DNA of 64,000 nucleotides from Roseateles sp. (GTDB taxonomy: Bacteria > Pseudomonadota > Gammaproteobacteria > Burkholderiales > Burkholderiaceae_C): positions 11,124-75,123 of the forward strand of contig NZ_DASVNZ010000136.1 of the NCBI RefSeq assembly GCF_036486225.1, read 5' to 3'. The translations under genes and the position numbers were made by a program. How positions within the stretch are numbered: position 1 is the first letter of the stretch; each line of letters opens with the position of its first letter. The notes under the pieces were generated by a model. That model ran no database searches. It was not told the DNA's origin and worked only from the letters and a program-made list of their open reading frames with translations. Positions 27,349 through 36,804 of this stretch are shown one piece after another.

Positions 27349-28346
27349 TCAGGTTCTCCGATGACGTAAGGCAGGGGACGGGGGGTGAGGACGGCGCCGG
27401 ACGCGCTGCCCAGGTGCAGGGTGCCGGACTCGAGCGCGGCGAGCTTCACCTCGGCCAGCAGCAGCGGGCGGCCTTCCTGGCGGCCGAAGCCGGCCACCAT
27501 GCCCGCGGGCTGGTCCGGGTCGGCGCTGTGGAAGATCTCCTGGCCGGGCGTGGCGTCGGCATCGCTGCCGTCCATCGCGAACAGGTGGGTGCGGCGCTTG
27601 ATCGTGCCGCGGTACTGGCTGCGCGCGACGATCTCCTGGCCCGGGTAGCAGCCCTTCTGGAAATTCACGCCGCCCAGCAGTTCCAGGTTGAGCATCTGGG
27701 GGACGAACTGCTCGACCGTGCCCTGGCGGACCCAGGCCAGACCGGCGGTCACGTCCAGGCCCTGCCATTCCTCGGGATCGATCACGGGCAGCGCGGGCGC
27801 GGGCGCGTCGGCGGGCTGCAGCAGCAGGAAACGCGGCGTGAGGCCGTCGTCGGGCAGGCGCGTGGCCAGCGCTTCGCGGCCGTCCGCCAGGGCCACGCGG
27901 GACACGGACCAGACCGCCGAGGGCACCGCCCCGGCGCCCACACCGACGCCGGCTTCAGCCAGCCAGTCGCGCGCCTGCGCGCCGGACAGGCCCCAGACGG
28001 CCCAGGCCGCGCTGTCGTCGCTCAGCTTGCATTTTGCACGAAGCACGAACATGGACAGCCGCTTGACCGTCGCCGGCAGCACCTCGGCCGGCAGGGCCAG
28101 CAGCACGGACTGGTCGTCCGGCTTGACCGCCAGCATGGTCGCGAGCAGGCGTCCCTTGGCCGAGCAGTAACCCGCCAGCCGGGCCTGCGCGCCGGTCTGC
28201 AGGGCCAGGTCTTGCGTCAGCTGGGTGTGCAGGAACTTGGCGGCTTCCTCGCCCTGGGCGCGGATCACGCCCCAGTCGGCAAGCCGGACGGCGCCCAGCG
28301 CCGAGGACGGCACGGGCGGCGGAGCGTGGTGGAGGTCTTCGATCAT
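27345..28346 (-). CDS. ygfZ: folate-binding protein YgfZ (Fe-S cluster / tRNA modification associated)
   Basis: 333 aa with KGCYPGQEIVARSQYRGTIKRR signature. Confidence 0.85.
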   Translation of the reverse strand: MIEDLHHAPPPVPSSALGAVRLADWGVIRAQGEEAAKFLHTQLTQDLALQTGAQARLAGYCSAKGRLLATMLAVKPDDQSVLLALPAEVLPATVKRLSMFVLRAKCKLSDDSAAWAVWGLSGAQARDWLAEAGVGVGAGAVPSAVWSVSRVALADGREALATRLPDDGLTPRFLLLQPADAPAPALPVIDPEEWQGLDVTAGLAWVRQGTVEQFVPQMLNLELLGGVNFQKGCYPGQEIVARSQYRGTIKRRTHLFAMDGSDADATPGQEIFHSADPDQPAGMVAGFGRQEGRPLLLAEVKLAALESGTLHLGSASGAVLTPRPLPYVIGEPE

Positions 28347-29451
28347 GGTCCGATTATCATCAGCCCCCGCATTTCACGAAGGGCATCGGGTCTTGTCACG
28401 CGCGAAAAACAGATCTCGCGGCACCGCGAGAAAAACGAAGAAGCAGTCGGGCCGCATCGGGCGCTGGCTGCTGTCCGTGCTGGTGGCGGGCGTGGTGCTG
28501 GTCGGCGGCGGCGCGGGCGCGGTCTGGTGGTGGCTGCAGGCGCCGCTGGTGCTGGAAAAGCCGGGCATCGAACTGTCGATCGAACCCGGCACGCCGCCGC
28601 AGCAGGTCGCGCAGGCCTGGGTGGCGGCCGGGGTGCAGACCGATCCCCGCTTCCTGTACGCCTGGTTCCGGTACTCGGGGCAGGCCCGGAAGATCCGTGC
28701 CGGCAGCTATGAGATCCATGCCGGCGTCACGCCGCGCGAGCTGCTCGACAAGATGGTGCGCGGCGACCAGGTGCTGGAACAGTTGCGCCTGATCGAGGGC
28801 TGGAACTTCCGCCAGCTGCGCGCCGCGATCGCGGCGGCGCCGGCCTTGAAGCAGACCACCGCGACCATGACGGACGAACAGATCATGGCCGCGCTCGGCG
28901 CGCCGGGGCAGGCGCCGGAGGGGCGCTTCTTCCCCGACACCTACGCCTACAGCCTGGGCGTCAGCGACCTGACGGTGCTCAAGCGCGCGCATGCGCTGAT
29001 GCAGAAACGGTTGGAGAGCGCCTGGTCCGGCCGCGGTGACGGCCTGCCGCTCAAGAGCGCGGACGAGGCGCTGATCCTGGCCTCCATCGTCGAGAAGGAA
29101 ACCGGCGCCGCGGCGGACCGGGGCCTGGTCGCGGCGGTGTTCGTCAACCGGCTCAAGGTCGGCATGCCGCTGCAGACGGACCCTACGGTGATCTACGGCC
29201 TGGGCGCGGACTTCGACGGCAACCTGCGCAAGGTCCACCTGCAGACCGACACGCCGTTCAACACCTACACCCGGGGCGGCCTGCCGCCGACGCCGATCGC
29301 GATGCCGGGCCTGGCCGCGCTGCAGGCGACGCTGCATCCGACCCCGTCCAAGGCGCTGTACTTCGTGTCGCGCGGGGACGGCACCAGCCAGTTCAGCGAG
29401 GATCTGGCCGCGCATAATCGGGCGGTCAACAAGTACCAGCGCGGCCGCTGA
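28345..29451 (+). CDS. mltG: endolytic murein transglycosylase MltG (YceG-like)
   Basis: TM anchor RWLLSVLVAGVVLVGGG. ASIVEKETG and TDPTVIYG..FNTY motifs. The start is uncertain: ATG at 28345 overlaps the ygfZ start, and an in-frame TTG at 28393 is possible. Confidence 0.8.
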   Translation: MVRLSSAPAFHEGHRVLSRAKNRSRGTARKTKKQSGRIGRWLLSVLVAGVVLVGGGAGAVWWWLQAPLVLEKPGIELSIEPGTPPQQVAQAWVAAGVQTDPRFLYAWFRYSGQARKIRAGSYEIHAGVTPRELLDKMVRGDQVLEQLRLIEGWNFRQLRAAIAAAPALKQTTATMTDEQIMAALGAPGQAPEGRFFPDTYAYSLGVSDLTVLKRAHALMQKRLESAWSGRGDGLPLKSADEALILASIVEKETGAAADRGLVAAVFVNRLKVGMPLQTDPTVIYGLGADFDGNLRKVHLQTDTPFNTYTRGGLPPTPIAMPGLAALQATLHPTPSKALYFVSRGDGTSQFSEDLAAHNRAVNKYQRGR

Positions 29452-29547
29452 AGCGACCGCGCTTAGCTTTCTGAGCTTGTGCATCTGCGCTTGTTCCATC
29501 TGCGCTTCTTCCATCCGGGTTCCGAGCGAGCCGAGAGAGCACCACGC

Positions 29548-30159
29548 GTGAGCGGTCGATTCATCACCTTCGAGGGCATCGACGGGGCGGGCAAGTCCAC
29601 CCACATCGAGTCCGTCGCCCAACACCTGCGCCAGCGCGGCGCCGAACTGGTCCAGACCCGCGAGCCCGGCGGCACGCCGCTGGCCGAGTCGCTGCGCGGC
29701 CTGTTCCTGCATCAGGACATGGACGGCCTGACCGAGGCGCTGCTGGTCTTCGCCGCGCGCCGCGACCACGTGCAGCGCGTCATCGCGCCGTCGCTGGCGC
29801 TCGGCCAGACGGTGCTGTGCGACCGCTTCACCGATGCGAGCTTCGCCTACCAGGGCGGCGGACGCGGCATGGACGTCCAGGTGCTGGCCACGCTGGAGCA
29901 GTGGGTGCAGCAGGGGCGCCAGCCGGACCTGACCTTCTGGTTCGACGTGGATCCCGCCACCGCCGCGCAGCGCCGGGCGCAGGCCCGCGACGCGGATCGG
30001 CTGGAGCAGCTGGACCTCGATTTCTTCGCCCGCGTGCGGGCCGGGTATCAACGCCGGGCCGAAGCGTCCCGGGGGCGCATCGTCCGCATCGACGCGGGCG
30101 ACACGATCGAAGGTGTCGCGGCCCAGATCCGCGCCGAGCTGGAGCGCCGCGGATGGTGA
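29548..30159 (+). CDS. tmk: dTMP (thymidylate) kinase
   Basis: Track ORF trimmed to GTG at 29548 ([19 protein letters not shown]-loop). DRF motif present. Confidence 0.85.
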   Translation: MSGRFITFEGIDGAGKSTHIESVAQHLRQRGAELVQTREPGGTPLAESLRGLFLHQDMDGLTEALLVFAARRDHVQRVIAPSLALGQTVLCDRFTDASFAYQGGGRGMDVQVLATLEQWVQQGRQPDLTFWFDVDPATAAQRRAQARDADRLEQLDLDFFARVRAGYQRRAEASRGRIVRIDAGDTIEGVAAQIRAELERRGW

Positions 30160-31217
30160 CCGATGCCTCCTTGAGCGCCGACGGCGCCGCGGCGCTGGCC
30201 GAAGGCGACCGGTTGCCTTTGCCCTGGTTGGCCGAGCCGCTGCATCAGGCACTGACGCAAGGCCGCAGCCATGCGCTGCTGCTGCAGGGACCGGCCGGTG
30301 TCGGCCAGTTCGACCTGGCGCTGCTGCTGGCCCAGGCCTGGCTCTGCGAGGCGCGTACCTCGGCCGACCAGCCCGGCTGCGGTCGCTGCGCGAGCTGCCA
30401 TCTGCTGCGCTCGCGCTCGCACCCCGACTTCCAGGTGCTGCTGCCCGAAGCGCTGCGCGAGGCCCTGGGTTTCGGCGCGATGGAGGCGGAGGGCGAGGGC
30501 GCGTCCTCGGCCAAGGCCAGCAAGACCAAGCCCAGCCGCGAGATCAAGATCGAGGCGGTGCGCCAGATGTTGTCCTTCGCGCAGGTCAGCGCGGCGCGGG
30601 GCCAGGCCAAGGTGGTCCTGGTGTACCCGGCGGAGGCGCTGAACACCGTGGCCGCCAACGCGCTGCTGAAGACCCTGGAGGAGCCGGCCGGACTGCTGCG
30701 CTTCGTGCTGGCGAGCGCCGCCCCGCAGCAGCTGCTGCCGACCATCCGCAGCCGCTGCCAGCCGCTGCAGATGGCGCTGCCCCGGCGCGACGCGGCGCTG
30801 GCCTGGCTGACCGGGCAGGGCGTCGAGCAGGCCGGCGTGCTGCTGGACGCCACCGGCGGCCGTCCGCAGGAGGCGCTGCAGTGGAGCGAGGAGGGCATCG
30901 CCGCCAAGACCTGGCTGGAGCTGCCGCGCCGCATCGCCAAGGGCGAGGCCGTGGCGCTGACCGACTGGCCGGTGCCGCGCGCGATCGCGGCGATGCAGCG
31001 CCTGGTCCACGACCTGATGCGCATCGCCCACGGTGCCGGCCCTGCCTACTTCCCGCGCGACGCGCTGCCCAAGCTGCCGGCGGTGCGCACCGCGCTGGAC
31101 CAGTGGGCGAAGACGTTGCAGCAGGCGGCGCGGCACGCCGACCACCCGCTCAACGCCGGTCTGCTGATGGAATCGCTGGTGGCGCAGGGGCAGCAGGCGA
31201 TGCGGCCGGCGCGCTGA
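30153..31217 (+). CDS. holB: DNA polymerase III subunit delta prime
   Basis: Trimmed to ATG at 30153, which overlaps the tmk stop. [23 protein letters not shown] zinc module, [14 protein letters not shown]. Confidence 0.8.
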   Translation: MVTDASLSADGAAALAEGDRLPLPWLAEPLHQALTQGRSHALLLQGPAGVGQFDLALLLAQAWLCEARTSADQPGCGRCASCHLLRSRSHPDFQVLLPEALREALGFGAMEAEGEGASSAKASKTKPSREIKIEAVRQMLSFAQVSAARGQAKVVLVYPAEALNTVAANALLKTLEEPAGLLRFVLASAAPQQLLPTIRSRCQPLQMALPRRDAALAWLTGQGVEQAGVLLDATGGRPQEALQWSEEGIAAKTWLELPRRIAKGEAVALTDWPVPRAIAAMQRLVHDLMRIAHGAGPAYFPRDALPKLPAVRTALDQWAKTLQQAARHADHPLNAGLLMESLVAQGQQAMRPAR

Positions 31218-31293
31218 TCCCTGCGCCGGTCCCTCCGCTGATCAACCTGGTAACCAAGTCTGACCCCCGGGCGCCGCGAGTAGACTTGCCCCC

Positions 31294-31707
31294 ATGAGCG
31301 AACTCAGCCTGAAACCGATGAGCACCACGCCCCCCGCGTCCGCCCCCGTCCCGGCTCCCGCCGGCGGTGCCCGACCCAGCGTGATCCAGCTGGTGTTCAA
31401 GGAGAAGGGCGCGCTCTACGCCGCCTACATCCCGATCTTCTCGGAAGGCGGCGTCTTCGTGCCGACGACGCGCGACTACAAGCTGGGCGAGGACATCTAC
31501 CTGCTGATGACGCTGCCCGAGGATCCCAACCGCTATCCGGTCGCCGGCAAGGTGGCCTGGCTCACGCCGGCCAACGCGTCGGGCGGCCGTACGCAGGGCG
31601 TCGGCGTGCGTTTCCCCGGCGATGAGAAGACGCGCGTGATCAAGCTCAAGATCGAGGAACTGCTGGGCACGGCGATCTCCTCGGCCAAGCCGACGCAGAC
31701 GATCTGA
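31294..31707 (+). CDS. pilZ: PilZ domain protein (type IV pilus assembly PilZ-like)
   Basis: 137 aa. Sits in the conserved tmk-holB-pilZ-tatD order. VAGKVAWLTPANASGGRTQGVGVRF beta-barrel motif. Confidence 0.7.
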   Translation: MSELSLKPMSTTPPASAPVPAPAGGARPSVIQLVFKEKGALYAAYIPIFSEGGVFVPTTRDYKLGEDIYLLMTLPEDPNRYPVAGKVAWLTPANASGGRTQGVGVRFPGDEKTRVIKLKIEELLGTAISSAKPTQTI

Positions 31708-31782
31708 ATTCCGGAGGTCGGCGGCCCTCCTGCCGCCGCAGCGCCCGGCCATCCACCGCATGAGCCGGGCGGAGTTGTTCTC

Positions 31783-32568
31783 ATGTACATCGATTCCCAT
31801 TGCCACCTGAGCTTTCCCGAGCTCCAGTCCCAGCTCCCCGACCTGCTCGCCGCGATGGACGCGGCCCAGGTGACGCAGGCCGTCTGCATCTGCACGACGA
31901 TGGAGGAGTTCCCAGAGGTCCGGGCCATCGCCGACGCGCACCGGCAGCTGTTCGCCACCGTCGGCGTCCACCCGGACAGCGACGAGGTCCATGAGCCCAG
32001 CGTCGACGAACTGGTCGAGGGCGCCGCGCATCCGAAGGTGGTCGCCATCGGCGAGACCGGGCTGGACTACTACCGCCTCAACGGCCGGACCGTCGAGGAA
32101 ATGGAATGGCAGCGCGAGCGCTTCCGCAACCACATCCGCGCCGCGAAGCGCACGGGCAAGCCGCTGGTGATCCACACCCGCTCGGCCGCCGAGGACACCT
32201 TGCGCCTGATGCGGGAGGAGGACGCCGGCCAGCCGGGCGGCGTCGTCCACTGCTTCACCGAGACCATGGACGTGGCGAGGGCGTCGCTGGACCTGGGCTT
32301 CCACATCTCCTTCTCCGGGATCGTGACCTTCAAGAACGCGGCCGACCTGCGGGAGGTCGCGAAGATGGTGCCGGCGGACCGCATCCTGATCGAGACCGAC
32401 AGCCCCTATCTGGCGCCGGTCCCGTACCGCGGCAAGCTGAACCAGCCGGCGTACGTCCCGCACGTGGCCAAGCTGATCGCCGAGGTCCGTGGCGTGCCCG
32501 TGGAGACGCTGGCGGCGCAGTGCACGGCGAACACGCGGCGGCTGTTCCAGCTGCCCGAGGCCGCCTGA
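31783..32568 (+). CDS. TatD family metal-dependent deoxyribonuclease/hydrolase (YcfH-like)
   Basis: 261 aa. MYIDSHCHL, AIGETGLDY, VIHTR, HCFT, ETDSPYL motifs. Confidence 0.85.
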   Translation: MYIDSHCHLSFPELQSQLPDLLAAMDAAQVTQAVCICTTMEEFPEVRAIADAHRQLFATVGVHPDSDEVHEPSVDELVEGAAHPKVVAIGETGLDYYRLNGRTVEEMEWQRERFRNHIRAAKRTGKPLVIHTRSAAEDTLRLMREEDAGQPGGVVHCFTETMDVARASLDLGFHISFSGIVTFKNAADLREVAKMVPADRILIETDSPYLAPVPYRGKLNQPAYVPHVAKLIAEVRGVPVETLAAQCTANTRRLFQLPEAA

Positions 32569-32569
32569 C

Positions 32570-33343
32570 ATGACCGCCGGTTCGCCCCGGAAGGCCCCGG
32601 CCCTGAAGGCCCTGAAGGTTCGGGTTGCGTTCGCCGTGGGAGGAGCGCTCGCCGGCCTGATGCTGGCGGCGATGCCCGTCACGGCGGCCCTGGCGCAGGG
32701 ACGATTCGGATCGCAGGCGCCGATGCCGGCATCCGGGACCGCGGCGTCGCCCGAACTGCATGTCGCCGCCCGCAACGACCACGCCGCCACGGTGATGAAG
32801 CTGCTGCTGGCGGGCGTCGATCCCAACGTCCGCGACGCGCAGGGCAACACGGCCTTGCATGTGGCGATCCGCGAGGAGTCCGGCAAAGCCTTCGAGACGC
32901 TGCTCAAAAGCCCAGGCACCGACGTCAGCGCGATCAACCAGGCCGGCGAGACACCGCTGATGCTGGCGGCGCTCAAGGGGCAGCTGGACTGGGTCAAGGA
33001 GCTCGTGAAGCGTGGCGCCTTCGTCAACGAGCCCGGCTGGTCGGCGCTGCACTACGCCGCCGCCGGACCGAACGAGCAGGTGGTGCGCTGGCTGGTGGCG
33101 CAGGGCGCGGACATCGACGCCCGGTCGGCCAACGGCACGACGCCGCTGATGATGGCGGCCGGTTACGGCGGGCTCAGCGGCGCGGAGGTGCTGATCGCCG
33201 CCGGCGCGGACGTCACGCTGCGCAACGACCACCAGATGACGGCCGCCGACTTCGCCCGCCGCGCCGGGCAGGACGAGATGGCCGAGAAGCTCGACAAGCT
33301 GGCCCGGGCGCGGCATCCGTCACGCCCGCGCACTTCGCCGTGA
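32570..33343 (+). CDS. periplasmic ankyrin-repeat protein
   Basis: Trimmed to ATG at 32570. Signal peptide ..MPVTAALA. Repeated G.T(A/P)L(H/M).A motifs (GNTALHVA, GETPLMLAA, GWSALHYAA, GTTPLMMAA). Confidence 0.75.
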   Translation: MTAGSPRKAPALKALKVRVAFAVGGALAGLMLAAMPVTAALAQGRFGSQAPMPASGTAASPELHVAARNDHAATVMKLLLAGVDPNVRDAQGNTALHVAIREESGKAFETLLKSPGTDVSAINQAGETPLMLAALKGQLDWVKELVKRGAFVNEPGWSALHYAAAGPNEQVVRWLVAQGADIDARSANGTTPLMMAAGYGGLSGAEVLIAAGADVTLRNDHQMTAADFARRAGQDEMAEKLDKLARARHPSRPRTSP

Positions 33344-33420
33344 GGCGCCTGCTGGCAATCCCCTAGGAATCCGTCTGACACGCGGTTTGGCCCGCCGCCC
33401 ACTGTCGGCGGACCGGGTCG

Positions 33421-33457
33421 GTCCCTACAGTTCATTCCATGCCGACACGGTGTCGGC
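33421..33457 (+). promoter_or_regulatory. conserved 20-nt box GTCCCTACAGTTCATTCCAT plus 17-nt perfect palindrome, copy 1
   Basis: The box is identical to 35568..35587. It is followed directly by GCCGACAC-G-GTGTCGGC. Lies 62 nt upstream of the ATG at 33519. Confidence 0.5.
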
Positions 33458-33518
33458 GCCGCCCTCAGGCCCTCGCAAGCTGGCCCACGGAATCGACTGA
33501 ATCCCCCTGGAGACCGAC

Positions 33519-33797
33519 ATGCTGACCACGACCCAAGCCACGACCCAAGACTTCGCCGCCAACCCGTTCGCGATGCTGCTGGACCCCGAGCGCGTCGTTC
33601 ATGAGGTGGCCGCTTCCGAGCGTCTGGCCCGCCTGCGCAGCCGCATCTACCGCCCGCTGGACAAGCCGCTGATCGCGCACCGCGGTGCCGACGACCAGGC
33701 CGCCTTCGACGAGGAAGTCGACGCTGCCGAGCTGTCGGATGCCGACCTGCTGCCGCTGGACGACGAACCGTCCGACGGCGCCATGCTGAGCGCCTGA
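33519..33797 (+). CDS. hypothetical acidic protein
   Basis: 92 aa. GGAG 6 nt upstream of the ATG. C-terminus rich in Asp/Glu. No family recognised. Confidence 0.5.
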   Translation: MLTTTQATTQDFAANPFAMLLDPERVVHEVAASERLARLRSRIYRPLDKPLIAHRGADDQAAFDEEVDAAELSDADLLPLDDEPSDGAMLSA

Positions 33798-33977
33798 TCG
33801 CTGCCGGGGCAAGGAATCCGCCGGCCGGCCGGCCCGTCGCCGAGTCGTTTGTCAGCCCAGTCTGACTTGCGCTTCCGACAGCCGACTACACCCGGCGCCC
33901 CGCGATCTCCCTAGCATGTGGCTCATCAAGGTCGCCGTATCGTGTGACCGAGCCCCACAGCCCTCCTGGAGACTGTC

Positions 33978-34658
33978 ATGCGCCGCCCCCGAGTCCTCAC
34001 CGTCCACGCCGCCGACGCTTCGCGCGTCTTGCGTGTCTCGTGTGTTTCCATCGAGAGCCGCCGGCGGCTGATGGTGGCGGTGACTCTGCCGATCCTGGCG
34101 ATCGGCGTGCTGCTGACGCTGGGCGGGTGCACGACGATGGACGGTCGATCCGGCAGCCCGGGAGCGAATGCGCCGATCGGCGCCGCACCGGAGGCTGCGC
34201 CAACGGCCGTCGGCGGCAACCTCTGGTCGTCCCGGATGGAAGAACGCCGCCAGGCCCTGATCCAGGCCGGCGCCGGTGCAGGCATCAGCGTTGCCCGTAC
34301 CGCGGACAACCAGCTCAAGCTGAGCGTGCCCGCCGATGCCTCCTTCGACATCGGCCGTTCCGAACTCAAGCCGGCACTGCGGCCGGTGCTCGACGAGGTC
34401 AGCCGCAACCTGGACGACACCGTCCGCGTGACCATCGTCGGCCATACCGACAGTTCGGCTGGCGATGCGGTCAACGGCCCGTTGTCGTTGGATCGGGCAG
34501 AGGCCGTGCGTGAGTACCTGGTCCATCACGGCGTCCGGCGTGGCAGATTGCTCGTGGAGGGCCGCGGTGGACGACAGCCCGTGGCCAGCAACGCCACTGA
34601 GGCCGGGCGGGCTGCCAATCGTCGGATCGAGATTTTCCTGTCGCAACCCGCGTCCTAA
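33978..34658 (+). CDS. OmpA/MotB C-terminal domain lipoprotein
   Basis: Lipobox LTLGGC. OmpA_C motifs (FDIGRSELKP, VTIVGHTDSSG-like, NGPLSLDRAEAV, NRRIEIFL). The N-terminal start is uncertain. Confidence 0.8.
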   Translation: MRRPRVLTVHAADASRVLRVSCVSIESRRRLMVAVTLPILAIGVLLTLGGCTTMDGRSGSPGANAPIGAAPEAAPTAVGGNLWSSRMEERRQALIQAGAGAGISVARTADNQLKLSVPADASFDIGRSELKPALRPVLDEVSRNLDDTVRVTIVGHTDSSAGDAVNGPLSLDRAEAVREYLVHHGVRRGRLLVEGRGGRQPVASNATEAGRAANRRIEIFLSQPAS

Positions 34659-34684
34659 GTTGTTTCAAGCACGGGAGTTGAGTC

Positions 34685-35392
34685 ATGAATGCCTTCTGCC
34701 CCCGAAACGTCCTCCGCGTCGCACTGATGCCGGCGACGCTCTCGCTGGCTTCGCTCGTTCAAGCCGCGCCTGCCGTCGACCCGACACCAAGTTCGCTCGA
34801 CGATCGCGTCGAACTGTCCGGTCGCAACCTCTCCGAGCGGGCGCGTCAGCAGCCTTTGCGTGAATCCACCTCCGCTTCACGGTACACGGTGACGCAGAGC
34901 GCCGCCGAACCATTGGCCACCGCCAACCAGTCCGCGGGCGCTGCCGGTTGGTACGGGCGCGCGCCGCAAGCGACGCAGACGATGCTGTGGGCCAGGCCGG
35001 CGTCCGGCAGCGGGCTGCGGGTGGGGGTCGGCGTCGAGCAGCGTGGCGTCGCGTTCGGCGGCGGGCTGTATGCGACGCCTTACCAGAACCTTCGTCCCGG
35101 CGCGGCCGGCGATGCGGGCGTTCTGGTCGGACTGGCGATGCCGACCGGCCCTCGATCCCATGCCTTTGTCCAGACGCCGCTGCTCGAGGCGCAGCGCGCG
35201 CAGATCGACGACCTCAGCGTCCCCGGTCTCAACAACCGCGAGCGCCAGGTGCGCTTCGGTCTGGCCTTCAACAGCCGAAAGGCCTACGCGGACTTGCGCA
35301 AAGGCTTCAAGATGGAACTCAGCGGACAGTCCTCGCTGACCTTCCGACCGCGGGGCGGGCGTGTGGGTGTGACCTTCCAGAAGATCTGGTGA
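34685..35392 (+). CDS. hypothetical secreted protein
   Basis: 235 aa. GGGAG upstream. Signal-like ..SLASLVQAAPA. Ends ..VGVTFQKIW. No family recognised. Confidence 0.5.
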   Translation: MNAFCPRNVLRVALMPATLSLASLVQAAPAVDPTPSSLDDRVELSGRNLSERARQQPLRESTSASRYTVTQSAAEPLATANQSAGAAGWYGRAPQATQTMLWARPASGSGLRVGVGVEQRGVAFGGGLYATPYQNLRPGAAGDAGVLVGLAMPTGPRSHAFVQTPLLEAQRAQIDDLSVPGLNNRERQVRFGLAFNSRKAYADLRKGFKMELSGQSSLTFRPRGGRVGVTFQKIW

Positions 35393-35426
35393 GACGGCGG
35401 CCGTCGAGCGCCCCGTCATCTCCACG

Positions 35427-35452
35427 AAAGCCGGCGTAAGCCGGCTTTTTCG
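35427..35452 (+). terminator. rho-independent terminator
   Basis: AAAGCCGGC-GTAA-GCCGGCTTT followed by TTCG, 35 nt after the stop at 35392. Confidence 0.7.
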
Positions 35453-35567
35453 TTGATGCGGCGTTGATGCGTGGTGGAGGCGTCGTCGGTAGGTCCTCTC
35501 CTACAGCGCATCGGTTGCGGCTCCGACGCAGGCTCGCGGTGCGGGACTGCCCCAGGCGAACCGGCCA

Positions 35568-35604
35568 GTCCCTACAGTTCATTCCATCGCGGCACGGTGC
35601 CGCG
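35568..35604 (+). promoter_or_regulatory. conserved 20-nt box GTCCCTACAGTTCATTCCAT plus 17-nt perfect palindrome, copy 2
   Basis: The box is identical to 33421..33440. It is followed directly by CGCGGCAC-G-GTGCCGCG. The SD GGAG and the ATG at 35618 follow immediately. Confidence 0.5.
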
Positions 35605-35617
35605 CAGGAGAACCGAG

Positions 35618-35779
35618 ATGCTGCACTACGCCGTCGTCTTTTTCGTCATTGCCTTGATCGCCGCGCTGTTCGGCTTCGGCGGCATCGCCGCCGGCGCCGC
35701 GAGCATCGCGAAGATCCTCTTCTTCGTCTTCGTGATCATGGCCGTCGTCACCTTCGTGATGAGCCTGCTGCGAAAGTGA
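35618..35779 (+). CDS. DUF1328 (UPF0391/YtjA-like) small membrane protein
   Basis: Track ORF 35471..35779 trimmed to [39 protein letters not shown].. (53 aa), which is the typical DUF1328 sequence pattern. Confidence 0.75.
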   Translation: MLHYAVVFFVIALIAALFGFGGIAAGAASIAKILFFVFVIMAVVTFVMSLLRK

Positions 35780-35833
35780 CGTCGCGGGACCCCGTCGATC
35801 GCCTCACTGACTCCCTCCAAAAACAAGCAAAGG

Positions 35834-36388
35834 ATGACCATGAACAAGCCCGCCACCACCGCACTGATCGCCGCCGCCCTGAGCCTGTGCGCCGGCATGG
35901 CGCAAGCCGCCAACTTCTCCAAGTCGGTCTACGACGGCGCCAAGGACGACATCAAGAAGACCTACAAGGTCGACAAGGACGCTTGCGACCAGCTGTCGGG
36001 CAACGCCAAGGACATCTGCGTCAAGGAGGCCAAGGGCCGCGAGGACGTGGCGCTGGCCCAGCTCGAATACAACTACAGCGGCAACGCCAAGGACGAGGCC
36101 AAGCTGATCGAGGCCCGCTACGAAGCCCGCTACGACGTGGCCAAGGAACGCTGCGACGACCGTTCGGGCGAAGCCAAGGACGTCTGCCAGCGCGAGGCCA
36201 AGACTTCCTACGAGAAGGCCAAGGCCGAGCTCAAGATGAACAAGAAGGTGGCTGCGGCCGTCGATGACGCGGAGGAAACCCGCGTGAAGGCCGACTACAA
36301 GCTGGCGGCCGAGAAGTGCAACACGCTGTCCGGCGATGCCAAGGACGTGTGCGTGAACTCGGCCAAGGCGCGCTACAACCAGCGCTGA
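35834..36388 (+). CDS. periplasmic Lys/Asp/Glu-rich protein with three C-x10-C repeats
   Basis: 184 aa. Signal peptide ..CAGMAQA. Three repeats of the form Y.....C...SG.AKD(I/V)C....AK. Confidence 0.6.
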   Translation: MTMNKPATTALIAAALSLCAGMAQAANFSKSVYDGAKDDIKKTYKVDKDACDQLSGNAKDICVKEAKGREDVALAQLEYNYSGNAKDEAKLIEARYEARYDVAKERCDDRSGEAKDVCQREAKTSYEKAKAELKMNKKVAAAVDDAEETRVKADYKLAAEKCNTLSGDAKDVCVNSAKARYNQR

Positions 36389-36518
36389 CCGGCCGGCAAC
36401 GATTCAACCCCGGCGGGGGGCGCAAGCGATCCGAAGTCGTTCGCGCCTGACGTTGCACCGGCGGATCCGGGACCACAACTCGAACATTGCCCGGATCCCC
36501 CTGTCGACACCCATTGGA

Positions 36519-36548
36519 ACGGCGCCCCGCAGGGCGCCGTTTTTCTTT
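36519..36548 (+). terminator. rho-independent terminator
   Basis: GGCGCCC-CGCA-GGGCGCC followed by GTTTTTCTTT. Confidence 0.6.
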
Positions 36549-36585
36549 GAAGGGTCGAATGCTGTCGATGGCGCCGCGCACGCGC

Positions 36586-36804
36586 TCAAGGGCCGTCGCC
36601 TCTGGACGCCGAGCCGGTGTCGGAACCCTCTGCGGGCGCGGTGACCGTTGCGCCTCTGGCGGTGGGCAAGGCGGCGAGGTCGTCGGCGGACCACACCGGC
36701 GCCGTCAGGATCAGTGCACTGGCGCCCGCGGCCACGACAACGCACAGGATCGTGCCGATGAAGCGCGAGAGGCTCCGGCTCTGCGTCGGGATCTCATTGA
36801 TCAT
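36586..36804 (-). CDS. hypothetical small membrane protein
   Basis: 72 aa. GGAGG 6 nt upstream of the ATG. One hydrophobic segment FIGTILCVVVAAGASALILTA. The ATG overlaps the stop of the upstream 43-codon ORF (ATGA). Confidence 0.35.
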   Translation of the reverse strand: MINEIPTQSRSLSRFIGTILCVVVAAGASALILTAPVWSADDLAALPTARGATVTAPAEGSDTGSASRGDGP

